A DNA stretch of 63,576 nt, counting the filler. It is 5 parts of 5 records of this genome, joined end to end, with 100 filler letters (N's around TTAATTAATTAA, not from the genome) between each part and the next. Parts side by side here need not be neighbours in the genome. Positions count along the whole stretch, not along the records: positions 46,696 to 57,471 come from DRR723986_5109; positions 57,572 to 63,576 come from DRR723986_5129; 3 more parts are not named here. The stretch is one strand, 5' to 3'. A program made the position numbers and the translations under genes. The notes beneath the pieces are model-generated. The model was not told where the DNA came from and searched no databases. It was given only the letters and a program-made list of their open reading frames with translations. This document shows positions 48,419 through 58,226 of the stretch, piece by piece. Positions within the stretch are counted from its first letter, which is position 1; each line of letters starts with the position of its first letter.

Positions 48419-50935
48419 CTATTCACGGGCACGCAATACCTGAGCGGGCCGGGCATTGAGGGACCGCAGCGCAAAGCCGAGGCCGGCAAGGACGGTGGCC
48501 AACACGCCGCCTGCAATGATCATCAGGGCCGATGGCCAGATGATTGTAAAGTCGGTTTCCATCACAAACCGGCTCACCGCCCAACCGCCAAGCACCCCGG
48601 CGAGCAGGGCAACCGCCCCAGCAAACACGCCCAAAAGGGCGGCGCGCAGCATGAAGCTGGCGGCGATGGCGCGGCGGGATGCACCAAGGGTCTTGAGAAG
48701 GGCCGCCTCATAGGTGCGGGCCTGCGCCCCGGCGGCGGCGGCCCCGATCAGCACCAGAAAACCGGTCAAAAGCGTTGCCAAAGCGCCGTAAGACGTGGCA
48801 GCGGCCAGACCGGCCAGCACAGCAGAGACCCTGTCAATCGCGTCGCGCACCCGAATGGCAGTGATGTTGGGATAGGCGCTTGCCAGATCGCGCAGGATCT
48901 GCGCTTCGGCTTCCGCTTCGGCGTAGACGGTTGAAATAAACGTATGCGGTGCGCCGGACAATGCGGCGGGGTTCATCGTCAGGACGAAGCCGATACCAGC
49001 GGTGGAAAAATCGACCTCCTGAAAGCTGGCGATGGTGCCTTTGATATCGCGGCCCAGCACATTGATGGTCAATGTATCGCCCAACGACAGGCCAATCTCC
49101 TCGGCCTCTTCGGTGGCAAAGCTGATCAGGGGCGGGCCGGAATAATCCTCCGGCCACCATGATCCTGCGGTGAGGCGGGCATCGGGGTCAGGCGCTGCGG
49201 CGTAGGTCACGCCGCGGTCGCCCCGCACCACCCAGTGATCGCCTGCAACCTCGTCGGCGGGTTGTCCGTTGATCTTGGTGATGACACCGCGCAACATCGG
49301 CGCGCTGTCGATGCGGCTGACGGCAGGGTCGTTTTCCAAGCGTTCGGTATAGCCGCCGATTTGATCCTTCTGGATATCGACAAAGAAATACGAGGGCGCA
49401 ACATCCGGCAAATTGCCGGAGATTGCATTGCGCAGGTTGCCGTCGATCTGACCCACGGCGGCCAAAACCGACAGGCCAAGGCCAAGGGAAAGAACCACGG
49501 CTCCGGCCCCTTCGCCCTGACCGCTGATCGCGGCGAGGGCCCATCGCAGGCGTGAACGCCCCCGCGCCAAACGTGCCGCCCGGCGCGACAACAGGCGCAG
49601 CAGACCCGCCGCGAGAACCAGCAAGACCAATGCCCCGGCGATGCCGCCCAAGGTCCAAAGCGTTAGCATCCATGATCCGTTGAACCACGCCGCCAGCCCC
49701 ACAAGCGTCGCAACAATCAGCGCGATCACCACCAGATATCGCGGCGCAGGCAGCCGCCGTGCGCCTTGCCATGCATCGCGGAACAATGTGGCGGCCCGCA
49801 CGTCTTCGCTGCGGGCCAGTGGCCAAAGGGTGAAGGCCAGTGCGGTCAGCAAGCCATAAGTCGCGGCCTCGATCAGCGGCAGCGGATAAAACGCAAAGCG
49901 GGCAGGCACCGGCAGACGCGCCTCGATCAACGGCGACAGCAGCATTGGCGCGACCGCACCAAGGATGACGCCGATGGTAACACCCAAAATCGACAGGATC
50001 CCGATCTGGAGAAAATAGGTCTGGAAAATCGTCGCGCGATCTGCGCCCAAGGCCCGCAGGGTGGCAATCACACCTGTCTTGCCATTCAGATAGGACCGCA
50101 CAGCCGCCGACACGCCAACGCCGCCCACCGCCAAACCGGACAGTCCGACCAGCACCAAAAATGCCCCAAGACGTTCGACAAAGCGGGCCACGCCGGGTGC
50201 GCCGTTCCGGGCATCTGTCCAACGCATACCGCTGTTTTCAAATTGCTCAAGGGCCGCCGCTTTGAGCCCGTCAAGGTCGGTGCCCTGCGGCAAAGTCAGC
50301 CGGTACTTGGAGTTGAACAACGTGCCCGGACCAAGCAGGCCGGACCCTTCCAGCGCATCTCGGCGCAACAGGGTGCGCGGCCCGAGGGCAAAACCGCTGG
50401 CGGCGCTGTCAGGCTCTCGAACAATCAAAGCGGACAGATGGTAGGCTTTGCTGCCTAGCTTGAACGTGTCACCTGCTGCAATGCCAAGCCGATCCGACAG
50501 CGCCCGTTCCATCACCGCGCCGGGATTGCCGCCGTGATCCGCCAATGCCGCATCAAGCGGCATCGCGGGATCCAGCACCATCTGCCCGACCAATGGATAG
50601 GCATCATCAACACCTTTGATCTGCGTCAGCGCCCGTTCGTCGCCCACCACTGCCATGGACCGAAATTCAACAATTTCGGAAACAGATGTGGCGCGGGACG
50701 CGATCCAGTCCTGTTCCTCTTCGGTTGCAAACCGGTAGGTGAAATCCAGCTCTGCCGCGCCGCCCAAGAGGGCCGCGCCCTCCCGTTGCAAACCTGCATC
50801 AATCGCGGCGCGGACCGATCCAACTGCGGCAATTGCGGCCACGCCAAGTGCGAGACAGGCCAGAAACAGGCGAAACCCTTTGAGGCCGCCGCGCATTTCA
50901 CGGCGGGCAAAGCGGCTGGCGAGAGGCAGGCTCAT
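48419..50935 (-). CDS. ybbP: ABC permease, YbbP family (duplicated FtsX domains)
   Basis: RE.R.G, CLALGVAAIA, P..FF.DIQ, two FtsX-type halves; 838 aa. Confidence 0.88.
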   Translation of the reverse strand: MSLPLASRFARREMRGGLKGFRLFLACLALGVAAIAAVGSVRAAIDAGLQREGAALLGGAAELDFTYRFATEEEQDWIASRATSVSEIVEFRSMAVVGDERALTQIKGVDDAYPLVGQMVLDPAMPLDAALADHGGNPGAVMERALSDRLGIAAGDTFKLGSKAYHLSALIVREPDSAASGFALGPRTLLRRDALEGSGLLGPGTLFNSKYRLTLPQGTDLDGLKAAALEQFENSGMRWTDARNGAPGVARFVERLGAFLVLVGLSGLAVGGVGVSAAVRSYLNGKTGVIATLRALGADRATIFQTYFLQIGILSILGVTIGVILGAVAPMLLSPLIEARLPVPARFAFYPLPLIEAATYGLLTALAFTLWPLARSEDVRAATLFRDAWQGARRLPAPRYLVVIALIVATLVGLAAWFNGSWMLTLWTLGGIAGALVLLVLAAGLLRLLSRRAARLARGRSRLRWALAAISGQGEGAGAVVLSLGLGLSVLAAVGQIDGNLRNAISGNLPDVAPSYFFVDIQKDQIGGYTERLENDPAVSRIDSAPMLRGVITKINGQPADEVAGDHWVVRGDRGVTYAAAPDPDARLTAGSWWPEDYSGPPLISFATEEAEEIGLSLGDTLTINVLGRDIKGTIASFQEVDFSTAGIGFVLTMNPAALSGAPHTFISTVYAEAEAEAQILRDLASAYPNITAIRVRDAIDRVSAVLAGLAAATSYGALATLLTGFLVLIGAAAAGAQARTYEAALLKTLGASRRAIAASFMLRAALLGVFAGAVALLAGVLGGWAVSRFVMETDFTIIWPSALMIIAGGVLATVLAGLGFALRSLNARPAQVLRARE

Positions 50936-51600
50936 GCGATTTTTCCATCGGCGAGCGCCACGGACCGATCACAACGTTCTGCAAGCGCAGGATCGTGGGT
51001 CACCAACACCAGCGTGGCCCCGTAGGTGTCGCGCATCTCGAACAGCAGATCCATAATGGCGCTGCCATTGGTGCTGTCCAGATTGCCGGTGGGTTCATCA
51101 GCAAGCAAAATCGCTGGGCGCGGCGCACAGGCCCGCGCAAGGGCGACGCGCTGTTGCTCGCCGCCCGAAAGCTGTGCGGGGTAGTGATCAACGCGGTGGC
51201 CAAGGCCAACCGCCTCCAACGCCTCTCGCGCCCGATCAAAGGCATCCGTCTGACCAGAAATCTCCAACGGTGTGGCGACATTTTCTAGCGCGGTCATGGT
51301 CGGGATCAGGTGAAAGGACTGAAATACAATGCCCATGCGCCCCTGCCGGAACCGTGCCAGCGCATCCTCGTCCATCGTGCTGAGGTCATGGCCCAAAGCC
51401 TCAACCGTGCCGCCTGTGGCCTGTTCCAAACCGCCCATCACCATCAGCAAGGATGATTTGCCAGACCCGGACGGCCCAACCAGTGCAACGCTTTCGCGGC
51501 TGTGGACCTTGAGGGAAATTCCGCGCAGGATATCGACCTGTCCGGCATTGCCTCTGAGCGAAAAAGCCACATCTTTAAGCTGGAACACGAGGTCTGTCAT
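50932..51600 (-). CDS. ybbA: ABC ATPase, YbbA family
   Basis: Start ATG 51600; [29 protein letters not shown]; divergent from tesA. Confidence 0.9.
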   Translation of the reverse strand: MTDLVFQLKDVAFSLRGNAGQVDILRGISLKVHSRESVALVGPSGSGKSSLLMVMGGLEQATGGTVEALGHDLSTMDEDALARFRQGRMGIVFQSFHLIPTMTALENVATPLEISGQTDAFDRAREALEAVGLGHRVDHYPAQLSGGEQQRVALARACAPRPAILLADEPTGNLDSTNGSAIMDLLFEMRDTYGATLVLVTHDPALAERCDRSVALADGKIA

Positions 51601-51648
51601 AGGGCCGCCTTTAATTGGGTATCTGCTGGATATGGAGGTCAGTTTGAA

Positions 51649-52290
51649 ATGCGCAAGGTAATGATTGGAATTGTGGTCAGTTTCGCAGGAATTGCGCAAG
51701 CAGAAGAGGTGGTTATTGCCGCCTTGGGCGACAGTTTGACCCAAGGGTATGGATTGCCAGCCGAACAGGGGTTTGTGCCGCAGTTGCAAGCCTGGCTGGA
51801 TGCCAATGGCGCAGAGGTGCGATTGATCAATGCCGGAGTGTCCGGCGATACCACGGCTGGCGGATTGGCGCGGGTGGATTGGACGCTGACGCCGGATGTG
51901 GATGGGATGATCGTGGCGCTGGGCGGCAATGACGTGCTGCGCGGGCTGCCGCCGGAACAGGCGCGGCACAATCTGACCGGTATCCTCACCGCCGCCCAAG
52001 CGGCAGAGGTCGAGGTTCTGCTGGTCGGAATGCAAGCGCCGGGGAACTACGGCGAAGACTACAAAGCCGACTTTGAGGGGATCTACCCCGATTTGGCAAA
52101 AGACTTTGACACTCTTTATCTCGACAGCTTTTTTGCGGGGCTGACCGAGGAGCAGGAAAGCGAAGACCTCAGCGCCTATCGTGCACTGTTCCAGGGTGAT
52201 GGCGTGCATCCCAATGCCGAAGGCGTGGCGATGATTGTTGCGCGGTTTGGGCCAGAGCTGTTGCAGTTGATCAACCAGATTGAGGGCTGA
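51649..52290 (+). CDS. tesA: SGNH/GDSL arylesterase (TesA)
   Basis: GDSL, NAGVSGDTT.GG, LGGND, DGVHPN; signal peptide. Confidence 0.92.
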   Translation: MRKVMIGIVVSFAGIAQAEEVVIAALGDSLTQGYGLPAEQGFVPQLQAWLDANGAEVRLINAGVSGDTTAGGLARVDWTLTPDVDGMIVALGGNDVLRGLPPEQARHNLTGILTAAQAAEVEVLLVGMQAPGNYGEDYKADFEGIYPDLAKDFDTLYLDSFFAGLTEEQESEDLSAYRALFQGDGVHPNAEGVAMIVARFGPELLQLINQIEG

Positions 52291-52293
52291 CCG

Positions 52294-52911
52294 ATGCCCG
52301 GACGCCTGTTTTTGACATCGCCGATCTCTGATTTGCGCGATGTTACGGGCGCCGATACATCCGCGTTCGAGAACGAGCCGCCCCGCCATAATATCGCACC
52401 GGGGCAAGAGCTGTTGTGCGTCACGGCTCTTGGGTTGTCGCGCATGCGGTGGGGGATCATTCCGGTGGGCCGGGTCAATGCGCGGGGGCGTCCGGTGATG
52501 GAAACGCTGATCAATGCCCGGTCCGAAACCGTTTTTGAAAAAACCGCTTATGAAGGCACGGGACGGGCGGTTGTGCCGGTGAACGGATGGTACGAATGGA
52601 CCGGTGAGAAGCGCAAGAAAACCGCTTGGCGGATAGCGCCAAAGGACGGTGGATTGCTGTTTTTCGCGGCGATCACCGACGTATGGAATGGTCCCGGCGG
52701 CGTCACGGTGGAACAAGTCGCCACGGTAACCTGCCCGCCAAACGCAGATGTTGAACCGATCCACCACAGGATGGGTGTTCTGCTGAGGCCGAGTGATATC
52801 GCGCTTTGGCTGCAAGGGCAGGTCTCAGAGGTGCAAAAGCTCATGGTCCCATGGCCTGAAGGTTTGTTGCGCATTGAAAAAGCGGAAGGCGTTGATTGGT
52901 CGGGAGCCTAA
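52294..52911 (+). CDS. SOS response-associated peptidase (SRAP/YedK/HMCES) family protein, Cys2->Pro variant
   Basis: MPGR start, NIAP, RWG.IP, INARSET, GWYEW, IHHRM. Confidence 0.9.
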   Translation: MPGRLFLTSPISDLRDVTGADTSAFENEPPRHNIAPGQELLCVTALGLSRMRWGIIPVGRVNARGRPVMETLINARSETVFEKTAYEGTGRAVVPVNGWYEWTGEKRKKTAWRIAPKDGGLLFFAAITDVWNGPGGVTVEQVATVTCPPNADVEPIHHRMGVLLRPSDIALWLQGQVSEVQKLMVPWPEGLLRIEKAEGVDWSGA

Positions 52912-52980
52912 GCATCCTGACCCTTGCACAATTCTTTGGCATCCCGTGCCGATGATGCATTTTCTTGCACCCTCAATAAT

Positions 52981-52996
52981 TTTACCAGTTGATAAA
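52981..52996. promoter_or_regulatory. RutR/PydR box upstream of preT
   Basis: TTTACCA-GT-TGATAAA, one arm mismatch relative to the box at 56919. Confidence 0.75.
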
Positions 52997-53050
52997 AAAA
53001 TGAATCCGTGAGACCGTTTTTAAAAATCAGGTCATTCAGGGGTGTACCAG

Positions 53051-54373
53051 ATGTCATCAGACGTTTTTGCCGAAGGGATCAAACCGGGCAGGTTGGATCA
53101 AGAGAGTTACGAAGCACAGTTTTCGGATTTGCATCCGCCGCTTGATGCGCATGAGGCGTTGGTGGCAGCCGATCGCTGCTATTTCTGCCATGATGCGCCC
53201 TGCATCACGGCCTGTCCGACGGATATTGATATTCCGCTGTTCATCCGCCAGATCGCCACGGGCACGCCTGATGCGGCCGCCAAAACGATCCTGAGCCAGA
53301 ACATCATGGGCGGCATGTGCGCGCGCGTCTGTCCGACAGAGACGCTTTGTGAAGAGGCCTGCGTGCGGGAATTGGCGGAGGGCAAGCCTGTTTTGATTGG
53401 TCAGTTGCAGCGCTATGCAACCGACCATTTGCAAGAACAGGGTGTGCATCCGTTTGAACGCGCTGCGGCCACGGGCAAGAAGGTGGCGGTTGTGGGGGCG
53501 GGGCCAGCAGGCCTGTCGGCGGCGCACCGTTTGGCGATGATGGGGCATGATGTCGTGGTGCATGACGCGCGGCCCAAGCCTGGCGGGCTTAATGAATATG
53601 GGATCGCGGCTTACAAGACGCCGGATGGCTTTGCGCAGGGCGAGGTGGATTGGCTGCTGAAGATTGGCGGGATCACGCTGCAACATGATGCCAAACTGGG
53701 GCAGGGGATCACCCTGCAAGGTCTGCGCGATGGGTATGACGCGGTGTTCCTCGGGATTGGTCTGGGCGGCGTGAACGCGCTGGGCGCAGAGGGCGAGGAT
53801 AAGGGCGGCGTGACAGATGCGGTGGATTTCATCGCCGATCTGCGGCAAGCCAGCGATTTGGCAACAGTGCCTATTGGCCGCGATGTTGTGGTGATCGGCG
53901 GCGGCATGACTGCTGTAGATGCCGCGGTGCAGGCCAAGCTGCTGGGCGCGTTGAATGTCACGTTGGTGTATCGCCGGGGCCGTGACCGGATGAACGCCAG
54001 TGCCTTTGAACAGGATCTGGCCGCGTCCAAGGGCGTGCGGATCGTGACCCATGCGGTGCCAAAGGCGGTGCATGGCAATGGCGCGGTGCGCGAGATCGAA
54101 TTTGAATATGTGGACGAAGATATGAACGGCACGGGCCAGTCGCTGCGCCTTGCTGCGGACCAGGTGTTCAAGGCAATTGGCCAGACCCTTGAAGGGGATG
54201 ACCTGCCGGAACTGGAGGGCCGCAAGATCAAAGTGGATGGCACGGGGCGCACGTCGCTGGACGGTGTCTGGGCCGGGGGTGATTGTGCATCTGGCGGCGA
54301 TGATTTGACAGTGACAGCCGTGGCTGAGGGCCGTGATGCGGCAATGGATATACATGGGGTGTTGGTGGGTTGA
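53051..54373 (+). CDS. preT: Dihydropyrimidine dehydrogenase subunit PreT (PydX)
   Basis: RC..C.DAPC..ACP, CARVCP...LCE.AC, GAGPAG, GGG.TA.D; upstream of preA. Confidence 0.92.
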   Translation: MSSDVFAEGIKPGRLDQESYEAQFSDLHPPLDAHEALVAADRCYFCHDAPCITACPTDIDIPLFIRQIATGTPDAAAKTILSQNIMGGMCARVCPTETLCEEACVRELAEGKPVLIGQLQRYATDHLQEQGVHPFERAAATGKKVAVVGAGPAGLSAAHRLAMMGHDVVVHDARPKPGGLNEYGIAAYKTPDGFAQGEVDWLLKIGGITLQHDAKLGQGITLQGLRDGYDAVFLGIGLGGVNALGAEGEDKGGVTDAVDFIADLRQASDLATVPIGRDVVVIGGGMTAVDAAVQAKLLGALNVTLVYRRGRDRMNASAFEQDLAASKGVRIVTHAVPKAVHGNGAVREIEFEYVDEDMNGTGQSLRLAADQVFKAIGQTLEGDDLPELEGRKIKVDGTGRTSLDGVWAGGDCASGGDDLTVTAVAEGRDAAMDIHGVLVG

Positions 54374-54398
54374 ACCCCACCCAACGGGAGAGTGAAGA

Positions 54399-55700
54399 AT
54401 GGCTGATCTGACAAGCAATTTCATCGGGATCAAATCCCCAAACCCGTTCTGGCTGGCCTCTGCGCCGCCGACGGACAAAGCCTACAACGTGCGCCGCGCC
54501 TTTGATGCGGGTTGGGGCGGTGTTGTCTGGAAAACCCTTGGGTTAGACCCACATGTGGTCAACGTGAATGGCCCGCGCTATGGCGCGATCTATGGTGCCG
54601 ACCGCCGGCTTTTGGGGCTGAACAACATCGAATTAATCACGGATCGTCCATTGCAGACCAATCTGGACGAGATCAAAGAGGTCAAGCGCGACTACCCTGC
54701 CCAAGCGATGATCGTGTCGCTCATGGTGCCTTGCGAGGAAGAGCCGTGGAAGATGATCCTGCCGATGGTCGAAGAGACCGGCGCGGATGGGGTTGAGCTG
54801 AACTTTGGCTGCCCGCATGGGATGAGCGAGCGGGGCATGGGATCTGCCGTGGGGCAGGTGCCGGAATACATCGAGATGGTCACCCGCTGGGTCAAGGCGA
54901 ACACCCGCATGCCGGTGATCGTGAAACTCACGCCAAACATCACCGACGTGCGCAAACCTGCCGAAGCGGCCAAGCGCGGCGGCGCGGATGCGGTGAGCTT
55001 GATCAATACAATCAACTCGATCACTTCGGTTGATCTGGATCTCTTTGCGCCCGAACCGACCATTGACGGCAAAGGTGCCCATGGCGGCTATTGCGGACCT
55101 GCGGTCAAACCCATCGCCCTGAACATGGTGGCAGAAATTGCCCGCGATCCGGGCCTGCAAGGTCTGCCGATCAGCGGCATTGGCGGGGTCACAACATGGA
55201 AAGATGCGGCTGAATTCCTTGCTTTGGGGGCTGGCAATGTGCAGGTCTGCACCGCGGCGATGACCTATGGCTTCAAGATCGTGCAGGAAATGATCTCGGG
55301 TCTGAGCGATTATATGGACAGCAAGGGCATCACGTCGGTTGACGAAATTGTTGGCCGGGCTGTGCCGAATGTGACCGACTGGAACCAGTTGAACCTGAAC
55401 TACATCGCAAAAGCGAAGATTGATCAGGATCTGTGCATTTCCTGTGGTCGCTGTTTTGCCGCCTGCGAGGATACCTCGCATCAGGCGATTGCCATGTCCG
55501 AGGATCGCACCTTTTCCGTGATCGACGACGAATGCGTGGCCTGCAACCTCTGCGTCAATGTTTGCCCCGTCGAGGGCTGCATCACGATGGAGGCCATGGC
55601 GCCGGGCGAGACTGATCCGCGGACAGGAAAGGTTGTCCAGCCGGACTATGCCAACTGGACAACCCATCCCAACAACCCTGCCGCCAACGCGGCAGAATAA
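54399..55700 (+). CDS. preA: Dihydropyrimidine dehydrogenase subunit PreA (PydA)
   Basis: NPFWLASAPP, NNIELI, LNFGCPHG, KLTPN, two C-terminal 4Fe-4S motifs. Confidence 0.95.
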   Translation: MADLTSNFIGIKSPNPFWLASAPPTDKAYNVRRAFDAGWGGVVWKTLGLDPHVVNVNGPRYGAIYGADRRLLGLNNIELITDRPLQTNLDEIKEVKRDYPAQAMIVSLMVPCEEEPWKMILPMVEETGADGVELNFGCPHGMSERGMGSAVGQVPEYIEMVTRWVKANTRMPVIVKLTPNITDVRKPAEAAKRGGADAVSLINTINSITSVDLDLFAPEPTIDGKGAHGGYCGPAVKPIALNMVAEIARDPGLQGLPISGIGGVTTWKDAAEFLALGAGNVQVCTAAMTYGFKIVQEMISGLSDYMDSKGITSVDEIVGRAVPNVTDWNQLNLNYIAKAKIDQDLCISCGRCFAACEDTSHQAIAMSEDRTFSVIDDECVACNLCVNVCPVEGCITMEAMAPGETDPRTGKVVQPDYANWTTHPNNPAANAAE

Positions 55701-55723
55701 CAGCTCCTCCCGACCTGTTGACC

Positions 55724-56086
55724 TTACCCTTTCTTCAGAAAGGGCGAGGTCGGCAGCGGGTCAGGCATCGACACTTCGGGAAGGCCGGCACCGGGCAAAG
55801 GTGCCGGTTTTTCTGTTTGGGTTTGTGCCGCGACAACCGAACTTCGGGTCGCATCGGCTGGGCGCGGGAATGCGCCGTTGGTCATTTTGCGAAACAGCGC
55901 GACATTTGCGCCTTGATCGCTGGTGCCACTGTTGCCCGATCCTGAAAAACCGGTGCTGTTGCCCGCCGCACGCCCCTGCGAGGCGGCGATGGTTGGCGCG
56001 ATGACAGGAACGCTGGTGGTTTCTGCCGCAACACCGGGCGGAGGCGCCTGTGTGACAAACGGATTGGAAAGTAAGATAGAACTCAT
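55724..56086 (-). CDS. Small hypothetical, low-complexity protein
   Basis: 120-aa ORF with GGAG RBS, Pro/Ser/Gly-rich, ends MPDPLPTSPFLKKG. Confidence 0.6.
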   Translation of the reverse strand: MSSILLSNPFVTQAPPPGVAAETTSVPVIAPTIAASQGRAAGNSTGFSGSGNSGTSDQGANVALFRKMTNGAFPRPADATRSSVVAAQTQTEKPAPLPGAGLPEVSMPDPLPTSPFLKKG

Positions 56087-56199
56087 GCTGTGCTCCGATC
56101 TTGATCAAGAGGAGCCCGCCACCCGCAATTACCTTGGGGCAAATGTGTAAATGATGTCCTAAGGCAGTGGATCAGCGTCAATCACGGTAAACCAAAGGT

Positions 56200-56811
56200 T
56201 CACGGCGCCAGCAATTTTCGAAACATGGTTTGCAGATGGTTCGCTGCCCCGTCAAACACTTCGGCCCCGCCCCCCAAAAGCGTATCCACCTGAACTTCGA
56301 AATCGGCATAATGCTGGGTTGTTGCCCAGATCGAGAATAGCAGGTGCCGCGGGTCCACAGGGGCGAGCTTCCCCGCCTTGACCCAACCCGTGATTACGGC
56401 ACATTTTTCGTCAAACAACGGTTTCAGCCCCTCATGCAATTGCGCCCCCATCCGCGGCGCACCTTGCAGAATTTCATTGGCAAAGAGCCGGCTTTCGCGC
56501 GGCAAATCGCGGGTCATGTCCAGCTTGCGCTGCACGTAGGCCAGGATTTCATCCAAGGGGTCGCCGCCCGCATCCATCTCGACCAATGGATCCAGCCAGG
56601 TTTCCATCAACTGGCTTAGCAAGGTGACGTGGATCTCTTCCTTGCCGTTGAAATAATACAGGATATTCGGCTTGCTGAGCCCCGCCTCTGTCGCGATCTG
56701 GTCGAGGGTCGCACCGCGGTAGCCGTGGCGGGAAAATACCTCTAGAGCGGCATCAAGAATAACGCGGCGGTTGCGCATTTGAATGCGGCTTGGCTTTTTC
56801 GTATCAGACAC
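56200..56811 (-). CDS. rutR: TetR-family pyrimidine regulator RutR/PydR
   Basis: IA..AGLSKPN.LYYF, W..P, SRLFA.EI.QGAP, IWA.TQHYADF. Confidence 0.9.
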   Translation of the reverse strand: MSDTKKPSRIQMRNRRVILDAALEVFSRHGYRGATLDQIATEAGLSKPNILYYFNGKEEIHVTLLSQLMETWLDPLVEMDAGGDPLDEILAYVQRKLDMTRDLPRESRLFANEILQGAPRMGAQLHEGLKPLFDEKCAVITGWVKAGKLAPVDPRHLLFSIWATTQHYADFEVQVDTLLGGGAEVFDGAANHLQTMFRKLLAP

Positions 56812-56918
56812 CGTGGCGAAATCCTTGTTGTTGCCGCAAAAAAAGGCATCTTACCTCTATACGGGCTTTCTAGGTAAAACCAGTTCTTGACAGAGAACAT
56901 GGTAGACGCAATCGTGGA

Positions 56919-56934
56919 TTTACCAAATGGTAAA
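56919..56934. promoter_or_regulatory. RutR/PydR box
   Basis: TTTACCA-AA-TGGTAAA with perfect arms, resembles the RutR consensus TTGACCAnnTGGTCAA; lies in the rutR/hydrolase divergon. Confidence 0.85.
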
Positions 56935-56967
56935 ATTTCTGACGCTAGCCGATTAAGGAGCCCGCCG

Positions 56968-57471
56968 ATGCCAGCCCCCGGAGAAAACCTAAAGATCAAT
57001 CCAGATCGTTTATGGGACAGTCTGATGGAAATGGCCAAGATCGGGCCGGGTGTGGCAGGCGGCAACAACCGCCAGACACTCACCGATGAAGATGGCGAAG
57101 GCCGGGCGCTCTTTCAAAAATGGTGCGAAGATGCCGGCTGCACCATGGGGCTGGACCAGATGGGCAATATGTTTGCCCGCCGCGAAGGCACCGATCCCGA
57201 TGCGCTGCCGGTCTATGTGGGTAGCCATTTGGACACCCAGCCAACGGGCGGTAAATACGATGGCGTCTTGGGCGTTCTGGGCGGGCTGGAAATCCTGCGC
57301 ACGATGAATGATCTGGGGATCAAGACCAAACATCCGATTGTGGTGACAAACTTCACCAATGAAGAGGGCACACGCTATGCCCCCGCGATGCTGTCATCGG
57401 GGGTGTTTGCGGGCATTCATACGCAAGACTGGGCGTATGACCGCGAAGATGCCGAGGGCAAGAAATTTGGC
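56968..57471 (+). CDS. pydC: Zn-dependent M20 amidohydrolase, beta-ureidopropionase (PydC-like), truncated
   Basis: GSHLDTQPTGGKYDG.LGV, NEEG.R; AAGGAG RBS; pyrimidine catabolism context. Confidence 0.85.
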
Positions 57472-57571
57472 NNNNNNNNNNNNNNNNNNNNNNNNNNNNN
57501 NNNNNNNNNNNNNNNTTAATTAATTAANNNNNNNNNNNNNNNNNNNNNNNNNNNNNNNNNNNNNNNNNNNN
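57472..57571. other. Artificial contig spacer
   Basis: N-run + TTAATTAATTAA + N-run. Confidence 0.99.
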
Positions 57572-57954
57572 CACATGAAGGTCTTGTAGTAGAACCCGGC
57601 GCTCAGGAAATTCGGGAACAGGTCGTTCACCGACAGCAGGTCATAGGCCAGAGGCCCCATGCGGTTCTGGCTGGTGGCGTCCAGCCCGTCATAAAGCTCC
57701 TGCACCGTGGCGCGCACGTTTGGCACCGTGGCCGCGCCGCGTCCGATTTCCACCATCGCATTGGGTTCTTCCGACCCCGCGGTCAGCACCCCGCGCGGGC
57801 GATGATATTTGAACGACCGCCCCATCAGCTTCACGCCAGACGCAAGCAAGGCCGAGGCCAGCGTGTCGCCGTGAAAGCCCTGATAGCCCTTGCCATCGAA
57901 ACTGAAGCGAACCGCCCGGCCCGCGTCGATCCGGCCTTTGCCTTCGATCCGCAT
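57572..57954 (-). CDS. soxA: Sarcosine oxidase subunit alpha, N-terminal fragment
   Basis: GDTLASALLA, RSFKYHRPRG, EEPNA, AGFYYKTFM; start overlaps the soxD stop (TGATG). Confidence 0.93.
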
Positions 57955-58226
57955 CACGCGTTCCCCCGCTTGGCGTCGCGGGCCAGTTCGACCCGCAGGA
58001 TATCATGGGTGACGGTATCGCGTTCCACACGCAGCCAGCTTGTGCAGCCCGCGCCGTGATACCAAAGCTCTTGCGTGACACCCGCCGGGTTGTCGCGCAG
58101 GTGCAGATAGGAGTCCCAAGCCGGGCTCCATGCCTCGTCAGTCGGCCGGTCGAGATAGGTCTCGTGGCCCATGGGGGTGAATTCGCGGCTGTCGCGGTCC
58201 CCGCAGAGGGGGCATTTGATACGCAT
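57954..58226 (-). CDS. soxD: Sarcosine oxidase subunit delta
   Basis: CP.CG.R...EF, R.NP.G, E.W.H..GC, RDT.TH Zn motif. Confidence 0.93.
   Translation of the reverse strand: MRIKCPLCGDRDSREFTPMGHETYLDRPTDEAWSPAWDSYLHLRDNPAGVTQELWYHGAGCTSWLRVERDTVTHDILRVELARDAKRGNA

Noticed and set aside
51601-52815. Apparent 400-aa N-terminal extension of the YbbA ATPase (ORF 50932-52815)
   Set aside because: The extension is antisense to tesA and the SRAP gene; the ATPase domain starts at ATG 51600.
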